From NCBI GenBank assembly GCA_039545335.1, contig BCIN01000005.1, forward strand, positions 1,206,641-1,260,685: DNA of 54,045 nucleotides, written 5' to 3'. The DNA is from Kondoa subrosea (taxonomy: Eukaryota). Numbering within the stretch: position 1 is the stretch's first letter; the number at the start of each line of letters is the position of its first letter. Of the stretch, positions 36,085 to 47,269 are shown in pieces. The notes under the pieces were generated by a model, which saw only the letters and a program-made list of their open reading frames with translations, was not told where the DNA came from and ran no database searches. The translations under genes were made by a program, and so were the position numbers.

Positions 36085-37191
36085 TTAGTGATATGGTATG
36101 CTGAAGAGGTGCGCTTTGAGTGGGAAATCGTTGGGTGACAGGTTTGACACCAGTCGCGCTGCTGCTTCTTTTCCTTTGGCATTTGCAACGAGTTGTTTAC
36201 ATACTAGCATTCTATCGCATGAGATGCGCTGAACTGACTTCCGTTCCTTATCGCCGAATCCCGTTTTTATACTGTTCTTGAGGGCTCTTCTTGCTTCAGC
36301 CAAGATACCACCCGAATGGTGAATTGCTATCCTGACGAACGATGTATACCTTAGCTCTCAGAAGCTCTAACTGCACATAGACGATACCTATCTTGCAAGA
36401 AGTGCTATGTTGAGATTATTGGGAAGAGCTGAACAACGAAATCTGCACTCAATACGACAGCAATGATGATGTCTGGTCAATGGACTATCTGTGGCTCGCG
36501 CTTCGTTTACCTTGATGCTATCCGAGTCGGTTCCCAAACAGCAAATCATGTACAACTCAATTCAGCTCTTTGGCCAAATCTAGACTGGACATGACAATAT
36601 AGCAGGCGATTGTCTGCAGACACTACTACTTCGGACAGGGAACCAAGAAGACAAAGCTCGCGCTGCCCCTGCACGATGTAATCTTGGACATTTCTGCCAG
36701 CTATATATGATGTCTGATATGGCAACGGAGCAACCCGAGAGCAGAGAGAGAATATTCTCCTTCGTCAGGTCAACTCGAGCATGAATTTGCGGCAGCTAGG
36801 AAGCTTCTGATGGTCTGCTCAAATATCAGCAACTTGCGCCTGTCGTTTGATGCACACGAGGTCTTACCAATATCACAGCCCTGCAGCAAATACTCTACCA
36901 TACAAAGGAGGGCCGATCCCTTGCATAGATTTGCCTTCAATTTCAGGCAGAAATGACAAGACATAAGGAAACGGATTTTGGATTTTGAGATTTTCCGATA
37001 CAAAGCAACAGTCGTTGGCCTTCTCGTCATATAACGCGATCTGATATACTGAGAGCACTTCGAAAGCTCTCAATGCTTCCTCTTTACCCTTTCCGCTCCC
37101 GAGCGACTAAGTCCGGACGCGTCGACACCGGAGATTGTAGGGGGTCCGCTACACTGCCTCATTCAATTGCTTTTGGACTCGGGATTTCATT
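36085..37191 (-). CDS. Possible hypothetical protein (fragmentary exons)
   Basis: Protein-like minus-strand ORFs at 36873..37073, 36770..37030 and 36085..36303. No family recognised and the splicing is unresolved. Confidence 0.25.
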
Positions 37192-37257
37192 CTTGTTGTT
37201 ACTGTTACATCCGATCTTCGCTACCATTCCCTTTACCTCAAGATCTCTTCGAATACA

Positions 37258-38849
37258 ATGCACATGAACGAGCCTGTCATTACCCCGATCAAAGTTGGCA
37301 TCAATGGCTTCGGTCGCATTGGCAGGACAGCCTTTAGAGCTTCATTGGACAGAGAGGACCTTCAAGGTATGTTCATCCTTGGGACAACACAATCAAGCTG
37401 ACGATTCGGTGTTGAAAAGTCGTCGCTATAAATCACACTGCTCCTACTCTCGACTATCTTCTGCACGCAATCAAATATGACTCAACTCACGGTCACTGTC
37501 GACATTCGAAAGATCTATCTATCGGCCCCAACGGTACTTTGGTCTTCAAAGGCAGACATATTCAACTTGCTAGTCAACGTGATCCCGCAAACCTGAATTG
37601 GGCTGAACTGGGAGCCGAATATATTTTGGAAGCAACTGGGAAAAGTACGACAGTCGAATTGGCGTCAAGACACATTAAAAGCGGAGCCAAGAAAGTTATT
37701 ATTTCTGCCCCGTCCAAGTCAGTCTGGAATCCTCTGCTATGGTACAGACGGACGTACTGATTGCAGACTACAACAGAGATGCACCTACTATTGTTGTTGG
37801 AGTAAATCGCAAGAAGTACAAGGCTGATATGAAGGGTAAGCTCATTTCAGAGATTTCCGTTCCGTTACTTACTCAGTGTTGTCAGTCGTATCCAACGCAA
37901 GTTGCACCACAAACTGTCTGGCACCTCTAGCAAGAATCCTGAACGGTCAGCATTATACTTCCAATAAATTTGTTCTGGTACTGATATATACCGATATACA
38001 CAGACTCTTTCGGTATCGTTACAGGCATGATGACTACCGTCCATGCTTCTACCTCTTCACAACCTATTCTCGATGGCTATTCGAAGAAGAGTCGCAGACT
38101 GGGCAGAGGTGTAAGCCCCTGTCGTTATACTCGTTTGCTTCCAGTTGATGGAGAATCAGGTGGGAAGTAACATCATCCCGACCTCGACAGGGGCTGCAAC
38201 AGCAGTGGCTTTGGTCGTACCAGAGCTTGCAGGCAAATTCACGGGTCAGTCATCTGCTTGACAGCGTAATTGCTCTGATGTACTATCTGCAGGCATCTCC
38301 ATCCGAGTACCGGTCAACAATGTCTCATGTGTGGATTTAACGCTTACGTTAAGCAAACCTGCCCATACAAAAGAAGAGCTACTCTTTCCCTTACGCGAAG
38401 CTGAAGCAAACAGACTTCGCAAATCTGTTGGACCCTTATCGGATGTGATTACTGTAAACGACGAAGAGTTGGTCAGCTCGGACTTCCTGGGCTGGTCGCA
38501 AAGCTGTATCGTGGACTCTGCAGCTACAGTAAGTGTGCATACTCAACGTGATCAAAAAAGAGCTGAAAGTCGTGCAGGTAATGCTCAACCCTTATACATG
38601 GAAGATTATTGGTATGTCCTGCTCACAAACCGTACGGTGCATAGCTCATCCTTTTCGTAGCTTTCTATGACAACGAGATGGCGTACGTTTGACAGTGCAT
38701 AGCATTTTGGCTTCAAGCTAATGCCTTTCTTCTGCAGCTACTCCGTCCGATGTCTCGATTTGATCTCATACATGTCAAAAGTCGACGCAGGCGCAGATAC
38801 ACCTTCAGTAACAAGACGCAACAGCGCTACTGATCTCAAGGCTTTGTGA
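37258..38849 (+). CDS. Glyceraldehyde-3-phosphate dehydrogenase, divergent paralog
   Basis: [59 protein letters not shown] and YDNE across about 10 exons. Confidence 0.92.
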
Positions 38850-39310
38850 TGCCAAGGGACTTCTTGTCGGAAAGGATTCTACTAGGATGCCGTGAACGAC
38901 TGTTCGATCTTTGCAAAGCATATCCTTCCGCATGCTTGTCGCGCTTGTCACTCGTGTGTAGCCAGCCCAAAGCTTACCATATGTCCACTGAGGTCCTTGA
39001 CTATTCTGCGAATGACCTTCGTTTGTCTTGCACGTCCAATACATTTCTGGCTACCCATGATAACCCATCCGGTTTCCATACATATGCAAAACCTCGAGAT
39101 GTGCCAGTCTAGCTTCCTGCTTGCAGAAGACCTTCGAGCCGAATCCGATCTTTGTTGCGAGTGTGCTTTGTATTTTTACGTGTTTCTATCCCCTCTTTCG
39201 AGTCAACGCCTCACAAAGCTATTCTCCTGATATCCTGTGCTGCAACTTGCACTACTTGCCGCCTGTTCTAAGTGACTCTCTGGATTGCTTGGTGCTTGTT
39301 TATTTTCCCA

Positions 39311-41332
39311 ATGCTAGGCCCGCTTCCCGCAATCCCAGGCCTCCCTGTCCCAGCAGCTCCTACTGCACCTCAAGAGTCAGCTTCCCGGAGCTTTGGTGAA
39401 GCTATGGGGCATTTAGGCAAGCTAGGAGTACAGCTCGTCACGTTACAAAACGAATTAGAGGAAGCCAAGAGCAAAATCACAAGTCTCACTAATGCAAATG
39501 AAACATTGGCAAAAGCTGCTGAAGCGGACAAGAAGGAGATTGCTACTTTGAAAGATTCGCTCAAGTTTAATCAATCTCTTGTTACGCGAAGACAGCGGAT
39601 CAAGAAATTCGATCCGATGTCTCTACCAGAGTACATTAATCGCTTCTTGGATTTTGGAACTTGGACCAAGGAACAAATGAGTAGCAAGTTGCTGAAAAGA
39701 GCTAGTCAAGTTGCAATACTGATGTGAAACAATTAGCTCTGGCGTGCATCTCCAAGCCTTGGCGAACGGAATGCCAAAGTCGCTTGTTCAGTAAGTGCTC
39801 CGTCTAGCTACCTGAAAGACAAGCTCAATCATGTGGAAGGTCGATTCAAGAAAATAGCTTTAGCTGATAGACAAGGTTGCGATCAGCTCACCGCATTCCT
39901 CGAGAAAAAGCCGTAATTCCTCTTCTTATTAGTGCTGAACCAGGAATTGATCAACTTTACAGACATCTAGCAAACATTGCCAAAGAAATCGAATTGGCAT
40001 TCAAACCTTCCTATGCTGGACCAGTCGATTTCGCAGATATTGTACCTATCAGTCTGCTTAAACTTCTTACCGTTTGCAAGTCGTGTTAGTACATACGCTG
40101 CAATCAAGCATGCCTAGTTTTTGACATTGTTGGCGTGAACAGTGGAAGCCGTTGTTTTAGTCGACTTCGCTGCTTTTGCTGGCACAAAGAAAGTCCTCAG
40201 CGCTCTGACGTCCAGAATCACTTCCTTCTCTATTGATCCGAATCGGTATGCTCACAATGGCAAGGTGAGCGCATGGATCTTGCATCTCGGAGCCGTGCTT
40301 ATACACCAAAATGAGATCATTGAAGTATCAAATGGACCGAACGGTATGAGTCTTTCTCTCGATCGAAGCTCACACAACGCTCATAGCTTCGTGAGAAGGC
40401 TTATTCAGCGATTGGCCAAAACTCAAGACTTTGAACATGACCAGGTATCGCTATGAATTTTCAGCTGTCCGCTAGAGCTGATGTTGCAGTAGAGTCCAAG
40501 TAAAGATCATTGAGAAGGTGCCCCACAAGATGGCTTTGATTTCTCTCTCTGTTAGTCAATGCTTAGTCAACGGATCGCTAAGTGTAAGCTGCATTGCAAC
40601 ATTCCTTTCTGTGCTTCTGCTCTGGCTGATTTATTCGAAAGTGGTTACTTCAAAGCTCTCGTAAATCCCTAACAAGCCTCAAAATCAACGGTATAACTGG
40701 TCTTCATCTCGACGATGTTCTAGCAAGTGTTGAAGAAGTGGGATCGAAATTACAGCACCTAACCATCCGTAGTACTCGCTACGCTACAGAGTTGACTGAT
40801 CGAACATTCGATAAATCACTTGCTGGTGAGCCGATCTTTTTATTTCCTCAACAAAGTCATGTTGAGCTGGTTTGCTTCTTCTTTCTGATTAGCTTGTACT
40901 AATCTGGAATCTCTCAATGTCGATCTCAATATCCTCAGGATAGAGAAACCTTCAACTTTACTTTCCGTTTGCACCAAATTGAAAGAATTGGAACTCAAAA
41001 GAGCAGATTGGGTTCGTTTATTAACTTTCCTTACCTTTTTCTCTCTCCTTTTGATGTACTCATTCTTATTTCCAGTTACCTTGGACTGATTGGGTGGATC
41101 TCTTAGGCGCAACATCAACCAAATTGAAGAGTGTTACAATAACGGATGCGAGATGGAGTAGTGCAGAGAGAAGCAAATTGCATGAAGCTTGGAAATGGAA
41201 AGGAGTGGATAAGATTCAGTTTCCTGCACCTCAGCGGAACAGTATTAGTGGAGATTGGGATATGAGATGTATGTTCTTTTCGTTTATTTCCCCTCTTGAA
41301 CATCTTACTGAGTCGTTCATTGCGTAGATTGA
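39311..41332 (+). CDS. Hypothetical coiled-coil + F-box-like + LRR-like protein
   Basis: Coiled coil LQNELEEAKSKI...LKDSL, F-box-like SLPEYINRFLDF...LACISKPWRTECQSRLF, and C-terminal LESLNVDL / CTKLKELEL / TKLKSVTI repeats. Many introns. Confidence 0.55.
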
Positions 41333-41592
41333 TGGCATGATGTTTCACTATGGCTTGCTGGCTCTCCCAAGCTTCATCGCAGGTCCCGCGTTGATCATGC
41401 TCTGATCCCTTCTACAAAGTATGCGCTATCAATCGCCAAAGCGACTCACAAGCGCAACTGTAATGCATGTAGCCTCCGAACCTGAACTTATCGGTGTATA
41501 GACCCTATGAATTCATCTGACAATGACATAGATGACGCGACACATCTTTTCGAGTTTCAGAGCTGCTTCTCTCTTAGCAACCGTTCACAGAC

Positions 41593-42364
41593 ATGCCTCC
41601 TAAACGCAAAGTGAGTATTCCGTATCCTCTTGAATGGACATAGCTTATATCGAGTCGTCATAGGCAGCTGAGAAGGTCAGCGAGCAATTTCAAAACAGAG
41701 GCCTGCCTTTCTAAACAATTGAATAGGTAGAGACTTCCAAAGCACCAGCAACAAAGAAACCAAAGGTGTGTTGATGAGGCAGGGCTGCTAGGGCTCAGGA
41801 TGCTGATGTATTGGCTCATGTAGCTGGGAATAACTCAAAAGAAGTTTCTCGACAATGCTCAAGAACTCACTACCACGCTTTTGGACTCTGAAGGTAAAGA
41901 GTTGAAGAAGATCAGTCTCACTCCTTCGAAATTCGTCAGTCCTTTCCTTTCAATTCTTCTCATTCTAGCTGTTTTAATTGACGCGGATATGGGGTTCAAC
42001 AGGGTACTGGAAGTTTGGGCTGGAAAGGTAATGGAGGCAAGATCTCTCTGCCTGTGGAAGTCGGTACGTCTCTCTCTAGTTCATTCATTCAATACGGTCG
42101 CTAACCAAAACGATTTCAGATGGCGAAGTCCAAAATCTCTCTTGCACAGGTCAGGACTGGTTGTGCTGAACACTCTTTATAAAGGTTGACTGATGAGTGT
42201 GACCGAAAGTGACGTTCAATATCACTGTTGCTGGCTCGAAACCCAAGAAAGGCGAGGAGGAAGACAACGAGGAAGAGGTAGATGAAGAGAAAACGGAAGA
42301 GAAGGTAGAAGACAAGAAAGAGGAGCCAGAAGCAGAACCAGCAGCAGCAGCAGATGAGGAATAG
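41593..42364 (+). CDS. Small uncharacterised protein: basic NLS-like N-terminus, 'F-x-TGS-x-GW...N-x-TV-x-GSK' domain, acidic tail
   Basis: Spliced: MPPKRK/AAEK/VETSKAPATKKPK/LGITQKKFLDNAQ...LTPSKF/GTGSLGWKGNGGKISLPVEV/DGEVQNLSCT/VTFNITVAGSKPKKGEEED...*. Confidence 0.75.
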
Positions 42365-42470
42365 AAAAGAGATAGTGCTAATCTGATCTCTGCGAAGCAT
42401 GGCTGATGTTCGAGACAAATTACAAAAGGAATCACAATGCAATAAAGATACTATACAAACAAAGTTCTTC

Positions 42471-43826
42471 TCACTTCCTTCCCGGTCGTTTAGGTTTGGA
42501 GAATCCCTGCGCTACCGGAGGTGCAGTAGTGTCAGCTTTGTTTGCTGCTTCCGTTGTATCGCCCAATTCGTTCGCGACATAGCTCTCTGTGATTTCTGCG
42601 GGATCTGAAGTTTCAATCTGTGAACCGAATGGATCAATCAAGCTTCACATGCTCAATCCATCATTCGAGCTCACCCTTTTAGCTACTTGTAGCCCTAATT
42701 CTCCAGCTCGAACAGCGATGAAAGCAACGGAAGCAGAGTAGATCATTCGACTCTTGACAGGACTCGTATCGGGACAGCAGTAAATGCAGACTGTATCCGT
42801 TTTAGCATAATTTTGAGTTCAGAAATAGGCAAACTCACTGAATTGCGATGTGGGTGAATGGAAATAAAAAGTATAGGCTACTTCATTCGGCAGAGCCAAT
42901 TGTTCTGATTTCTTCAGCACTTGTAAAGTCTCAGTCTTGACATCAATATTCTGCTCTGGTCATTAGCGAGCATCGAAGTTGGGTAAGACAAGACATTTAC
43001 AAGACTCAGCATTCCATTCTTTTGCTCTCCCAATTGCTTGACTGCTTCTTCTGCTTCTTCAGACCACTTGATTCCCGTTGGAGTGCCCCTCAAATAATTC
43101 GATCGACCAGAAGTACCTTGAATTTCTCTTCCTTCGGCAGCTTTGATCTCTGCTGCTTCTTTCTCTCTATCAGTCATTGGAGCAGCGGAAGAACGGTGAG
43201 TCTGATGTTGCTTCAGAGCAATCGTCGTCAAATCTTCCTATACGCGTTTGTAATGTAAGCAAGTACGAAAAGATCCTTGAAAGAGTAGAATTCACCTTAG
43301 ATGTAGCGAACAGGGAATCAACGAAATTGCTTTCGCCCAATTGTTTGGTTAATGTAGCTCGAGTTGAAGCATACAACATCTTCTGCCTTACCTTTTGCAC
43401 ACACTCTCTCAGATCAATAGCATTTGTTCTGCTTGCGGGGAGACTTACTTGAGCTTCATTAGGTACATAGACTACCAGCATCCAACCTTCTTCTAGTCGA
43501 TCTAAAGCAAAATCACGGAAGTATTAGCTCAGAACAGATACGAGAAGCTCTTCGGCTTACAGAGGATATAAGCTGGAACAGTCGCTTCTACTTTATGCTG
43601 CAGCTGATCGAAATCTTCTATCGCGCCGGCTTTTACTGAGAGTTGAAGACCAGCTTCAAGCTTCTCTGCAGCCAAAGAGATGAGCATACAAGCGCGTTTG
43701 CATAGCGAGAGTAGACAGACCATTCTGAATCTGAATGAACAGAGCACGGATAGAGCTGTCTTGCTGTACAGAGGAGAAGGTGTCTCGTAGTGATTCGGAG
43801 ACGCTGATGCCCGACTGAGTAGTCAT
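42471..43826 (-). CDS. TWF1: Twinfilin (two ADF-H domains)
   Basis: MTTQSGISVS, VYVPNEA/KVRQKMLYASTRATL, PMTDREKE, FIYCCP...VKSRMIYSAS and C-terminal FSKPKRPGRK*. Confidence 0.92.
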
Positions 43827-44434
43827 CGCTGGTTCCGTGCTTTGGGTCGAAGAAGCGAAATGATGTCGGTCGAGCTGCCAGGTTGTCGAGCAACGTCAAT
43901 GCTTACGTTCAAGTGCCTTATTGCGTCAGTCTGATTCTGTGTCGTGTCTGTGCTGCTTGAGGCTTTCAGGCGTTACAGGCTTATCGCGCTTGAATGAAGT
44001 GACCTCTCATTTCAACTCGAAAGAATGTCAAGCTCGTGCTTTTGCTATACATCGTCCTTGCTGTCGAGGCAGCGTTGAATGAATGGGGCTCGTCAGACAG
44101 TTCTTGATATATTTCCCTTTCGAGTAGCCAGATGAACTCTTCGAGTTGGGTGTCAACCAAAGTCATCCTTACCCTCACCCTCCCTTCTGTTTATTATCTG
44201 CTCTACGTCTCAAGAGGATACGTCTAAGCCTGTAAAAGAGATGCTCTTCATTCTTGGAATGATTGATTTCATATTACACTCTCGGCCTTAGTAAGCTTAG
44301 ACACCGCCTGGCCTGAATGACCTTCAATTGCTCGCTTCTCTCTCTCTCTCTTTCTCTTCCAATACTTCTCCTTCTCCTTCTTCCGAGCCTATACCAACCG
44401 CACTGCTTTCCAGTCAACGAAAGTCTCGAACAAG

Positions 44435-44995
44435 ATGTCCGGCATTCCTTCATCTTCAGTATACGCTGCGACTAATCATCCTGATCACCAAATCTATGCG
44501 AAAGGACATTTCGCTGGATACAATAACCAAATGCGTCCTGAAGATCGAGTCCATATTGGACATACTGCCTTCATTGATGGACGAAGAGTCGGATTTAATG
44601 ATGCGTTTAGGAACGGCTACAACCTAGGAGAGAAGGGTGATCTGATCGATAAGCCAACTCCCCATCCTGAAAAACAAGGCAATATGGCTGGACACGCCGA
44701 TTTCATCCGTCAGCGCGACCGAGCTTTGCAGCTGGAGTTTCACAAAGGTCCTGCTGGTCACATGCCGCGTCCTGGATACATAGCAGGACTTAAAACACAG
44801 GCACTCAGTGATTCAAACAACAGGACAGTGACCGAACGTTTTCTACATGGGTATCCTGACCATTACCAAGCGGTATTGGGAAAAGCAGACGCTTGGAATG
44901 GACATCCACCTCATATCAGCGCAGAGGAACCAAACATGGTCAAGTATAAAGAGGCATACGACAAATTCAATCTATCAAAGCCAATTAAATTCTAG
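44435..44995 (+). CDS. Intronless hypothetical protein (186 aa) with repeated Y/F-x-x-G-x-x-x-G motifs
   Basis: Clean ATG-to-TAG ORF preceded by a CT-rich 5' region, with protein-like composition. Confidence 0.65.
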   Translation: MSGIPSSSVYAATNHPDHQIYAKGHFAGYNNQMRPEDRVHIGHTAFIDGRRVGFNDAFRNGYNLGEKGDLIDKPTPHPEKQGNMAGHADFIRQRDRALQLEFHKGPAGHMPRPGYIAGLKTQALSDSNNRTVTERFLHGYPDHYQAVLGKADAWNGHPPHISAEEPNMVKYKEAYDKFNLSKPIKF

Positions 44996-45440
44996 ACTTT
45001 GTGCTTCAGGGAAATTCCAGGCGGTCAGGCTTAACAGAATTTGAGAAATCCGTTCTATTGTACTAGACATAGCTTCGTATGCAAACCATTCTCTCCCTCG
45101 ATTTGAAATCTAAACTTCAGACTGCTACTTATTGTTTCGTTGGAAGTCATGAACAAGGACAGAAAGAGAATTCTCCAGCCGGAGCACATCGAACTGCTCA
45201 AGTAACAAACGTAAAAGGGCAGTTACAGGTAAAACGACGAAGCGGTCAAAGTGCACTGGCGAATCAATAAGAATCGCAGTAGCATATCTAATATACGGCC
45301 ATGATATTCGTAAAAAGCAAACAAATTGAGCAGCACAATCCTTGCCTGTTCATAACAGCACAAAATCAGCTGTTGTAATAAAAATGCCGCGGTCACACTA
45401 ACATCGGTTCTCTCCTCCTCGCATCTTTGCATGAGATCAT

Positions 45441-46430
45441 TCAAATGTATTGAGCTGTCAGCGTCAGGTTTCCTCAGCAAATATATCGAACCAACAATCC
45501 CCTCAAACTGACCTAACCACCTGAACCCTTCTCCGTAACCTTGACGCATGACTACTGAGCACATGTAGCATTCCATAGGTCTGATATCCGAAAGTGGAAC
45601 TTTGCCCTGCGAAACCCGGACCAGTGCACATCAGCGAAGGGCTGAGAGCAAGAGGGAAGGACTTGCCTTTCCGGTAGTCTGGTACAAACCCAAAGAATGC
45701 CTCAACTGTTCTTCACTGACTGCACCAGGTGCATCAATCTTGTTTCCAAGAATGAGGAAAGGAACTTTAGCCAATTCTTCAATAGCCAAAAGAGCATCCA
45801 ATTCAGCTTTTGATTCAGCTAAACGTTCAACATCTTGAGAATCAACAAGATAGACCACTCCTGATCATACGTTCGATTCTGTTAAGCAAACATTGTGCTC
45901 AAAGAGAAACGAAATGACGAACCATCTACTTCTGGGAAATAATCTTTCCACAAACGTCTGGCTTGCTGATGACCTCCCAAATCATAAGTAGTGAATTTCA
46001 CGTTGCCAATAGCTAGTTCTTCAGAAGTTGGGTGAAGGGTAGGTTGCAAAGTTGCCAATCTGTCATTCTTGAGCATGTGCTGTTCGTACATGCCAATCCC
46101 TCGTTAGCTATAGCAAGCAGCACACCAAAGAGAAGCTACGAACGAGTAAAGTAGTCTTTCCTGCATTGTCTAAACCGAGAAAGAGTAATTTGGCAGATTT
46201 GTTCACTTTTGATTCCCCTCGTTCGTTAGCCTTTGTCTGGTCATGACAGCGCAGACATACTGAGACCCAAGTTGGCCAGAACATCCCAGAACTACGAGAC
46301 AACGAAGGCTTCATCAATAATGAAATTGACGTGTAGGACTTCGCTGATCTCACCCATCTGGATGAGGCAGCAACGCGAATGAGTACAGAAGTTGGTAATT
46401 GCGAGCCGATACGTACGATACGAGCCACAT
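45441..46430 (-). CDS. SAR1: Small GTPase Sar1 (COPII)
   Basis: [64 protein letters not shown] and [21 protein letters not shown]. Confidence 0.96.
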
Positions 46431-47269
46431 GATTGACAAGCGACGTGACAGAGAATTGATAAAGGTCAAGGCGTGTCGAGAGCGAAGACACCGGACAAGT
46501 GGCAATTGTCGATACAATAGAGCTTTCAGGCTACAGTGTACTACTAAAAGGGTCCAATGCTATGCTTTCCTTCCTATCTACTTCGGACCTTTTCTTCGCT
46601 TGAAGACTGCTAGAAGGATAGATTGCAGCCCTGCCTGAACGGCTAGGGGGAGATATAAGGTGTTGAGCATTCACCAAGTCTGCAGCTGTTCTTTGAAGAC
46701 CTTCCTTCTCACACTTGGCTCATCCAATTTCTATACTGCGAACACAGTCGATGTCGCCTATCGAAAGCATTGACATGTCCTAAGGGGTCCATAATACGCG
46801 ACTTATTACGCGCGCGATAGCCAACTGATATACAGAGCTGCAAGACATATACGAGCGGAAGAACGTGGGTCATGATAGGCGCAAAGCGACTGACCGAGGT
46901 GGAGATATCAATGGACGCATCCAGCAAAGCTTGCAGGAGAATTCGACTACGGGAGAAACAGACAGAGAAGCGAAATAAGGAGAGTAGAGGAACTCGGGAG
47001 AGCAAATGCCAGAATGCACGAAAGACGAAACAAGATTGCCAACCTACTATAGTAAGCGAAGAAGGACTCTTGGCAGCCCAGATTCTGGTAGCTGACCGAG
47101 ACACGTCTGCTGCAGCACGCTGCACATCACAGCAGGCAAAAGAAGGAAATTCTTGGCTGTTGTTTTCCAACCCAATTCATTGTTCAACTCTATTGTCCAA
47201 ACAAGCGACGCGATTACCGAGACTGGAGATACCCAAGATCCTAGCATACCCCTAACCGCACTCGCCGCG

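Noticed and set aside
46709..47255. ORFs of 153 aa (-) and 127 aa (+) between SAR1 and SFI1
   Set aside because: They overlap each other, show no recognisable motifs, and lie in the divergent promoter region; probably spurious.
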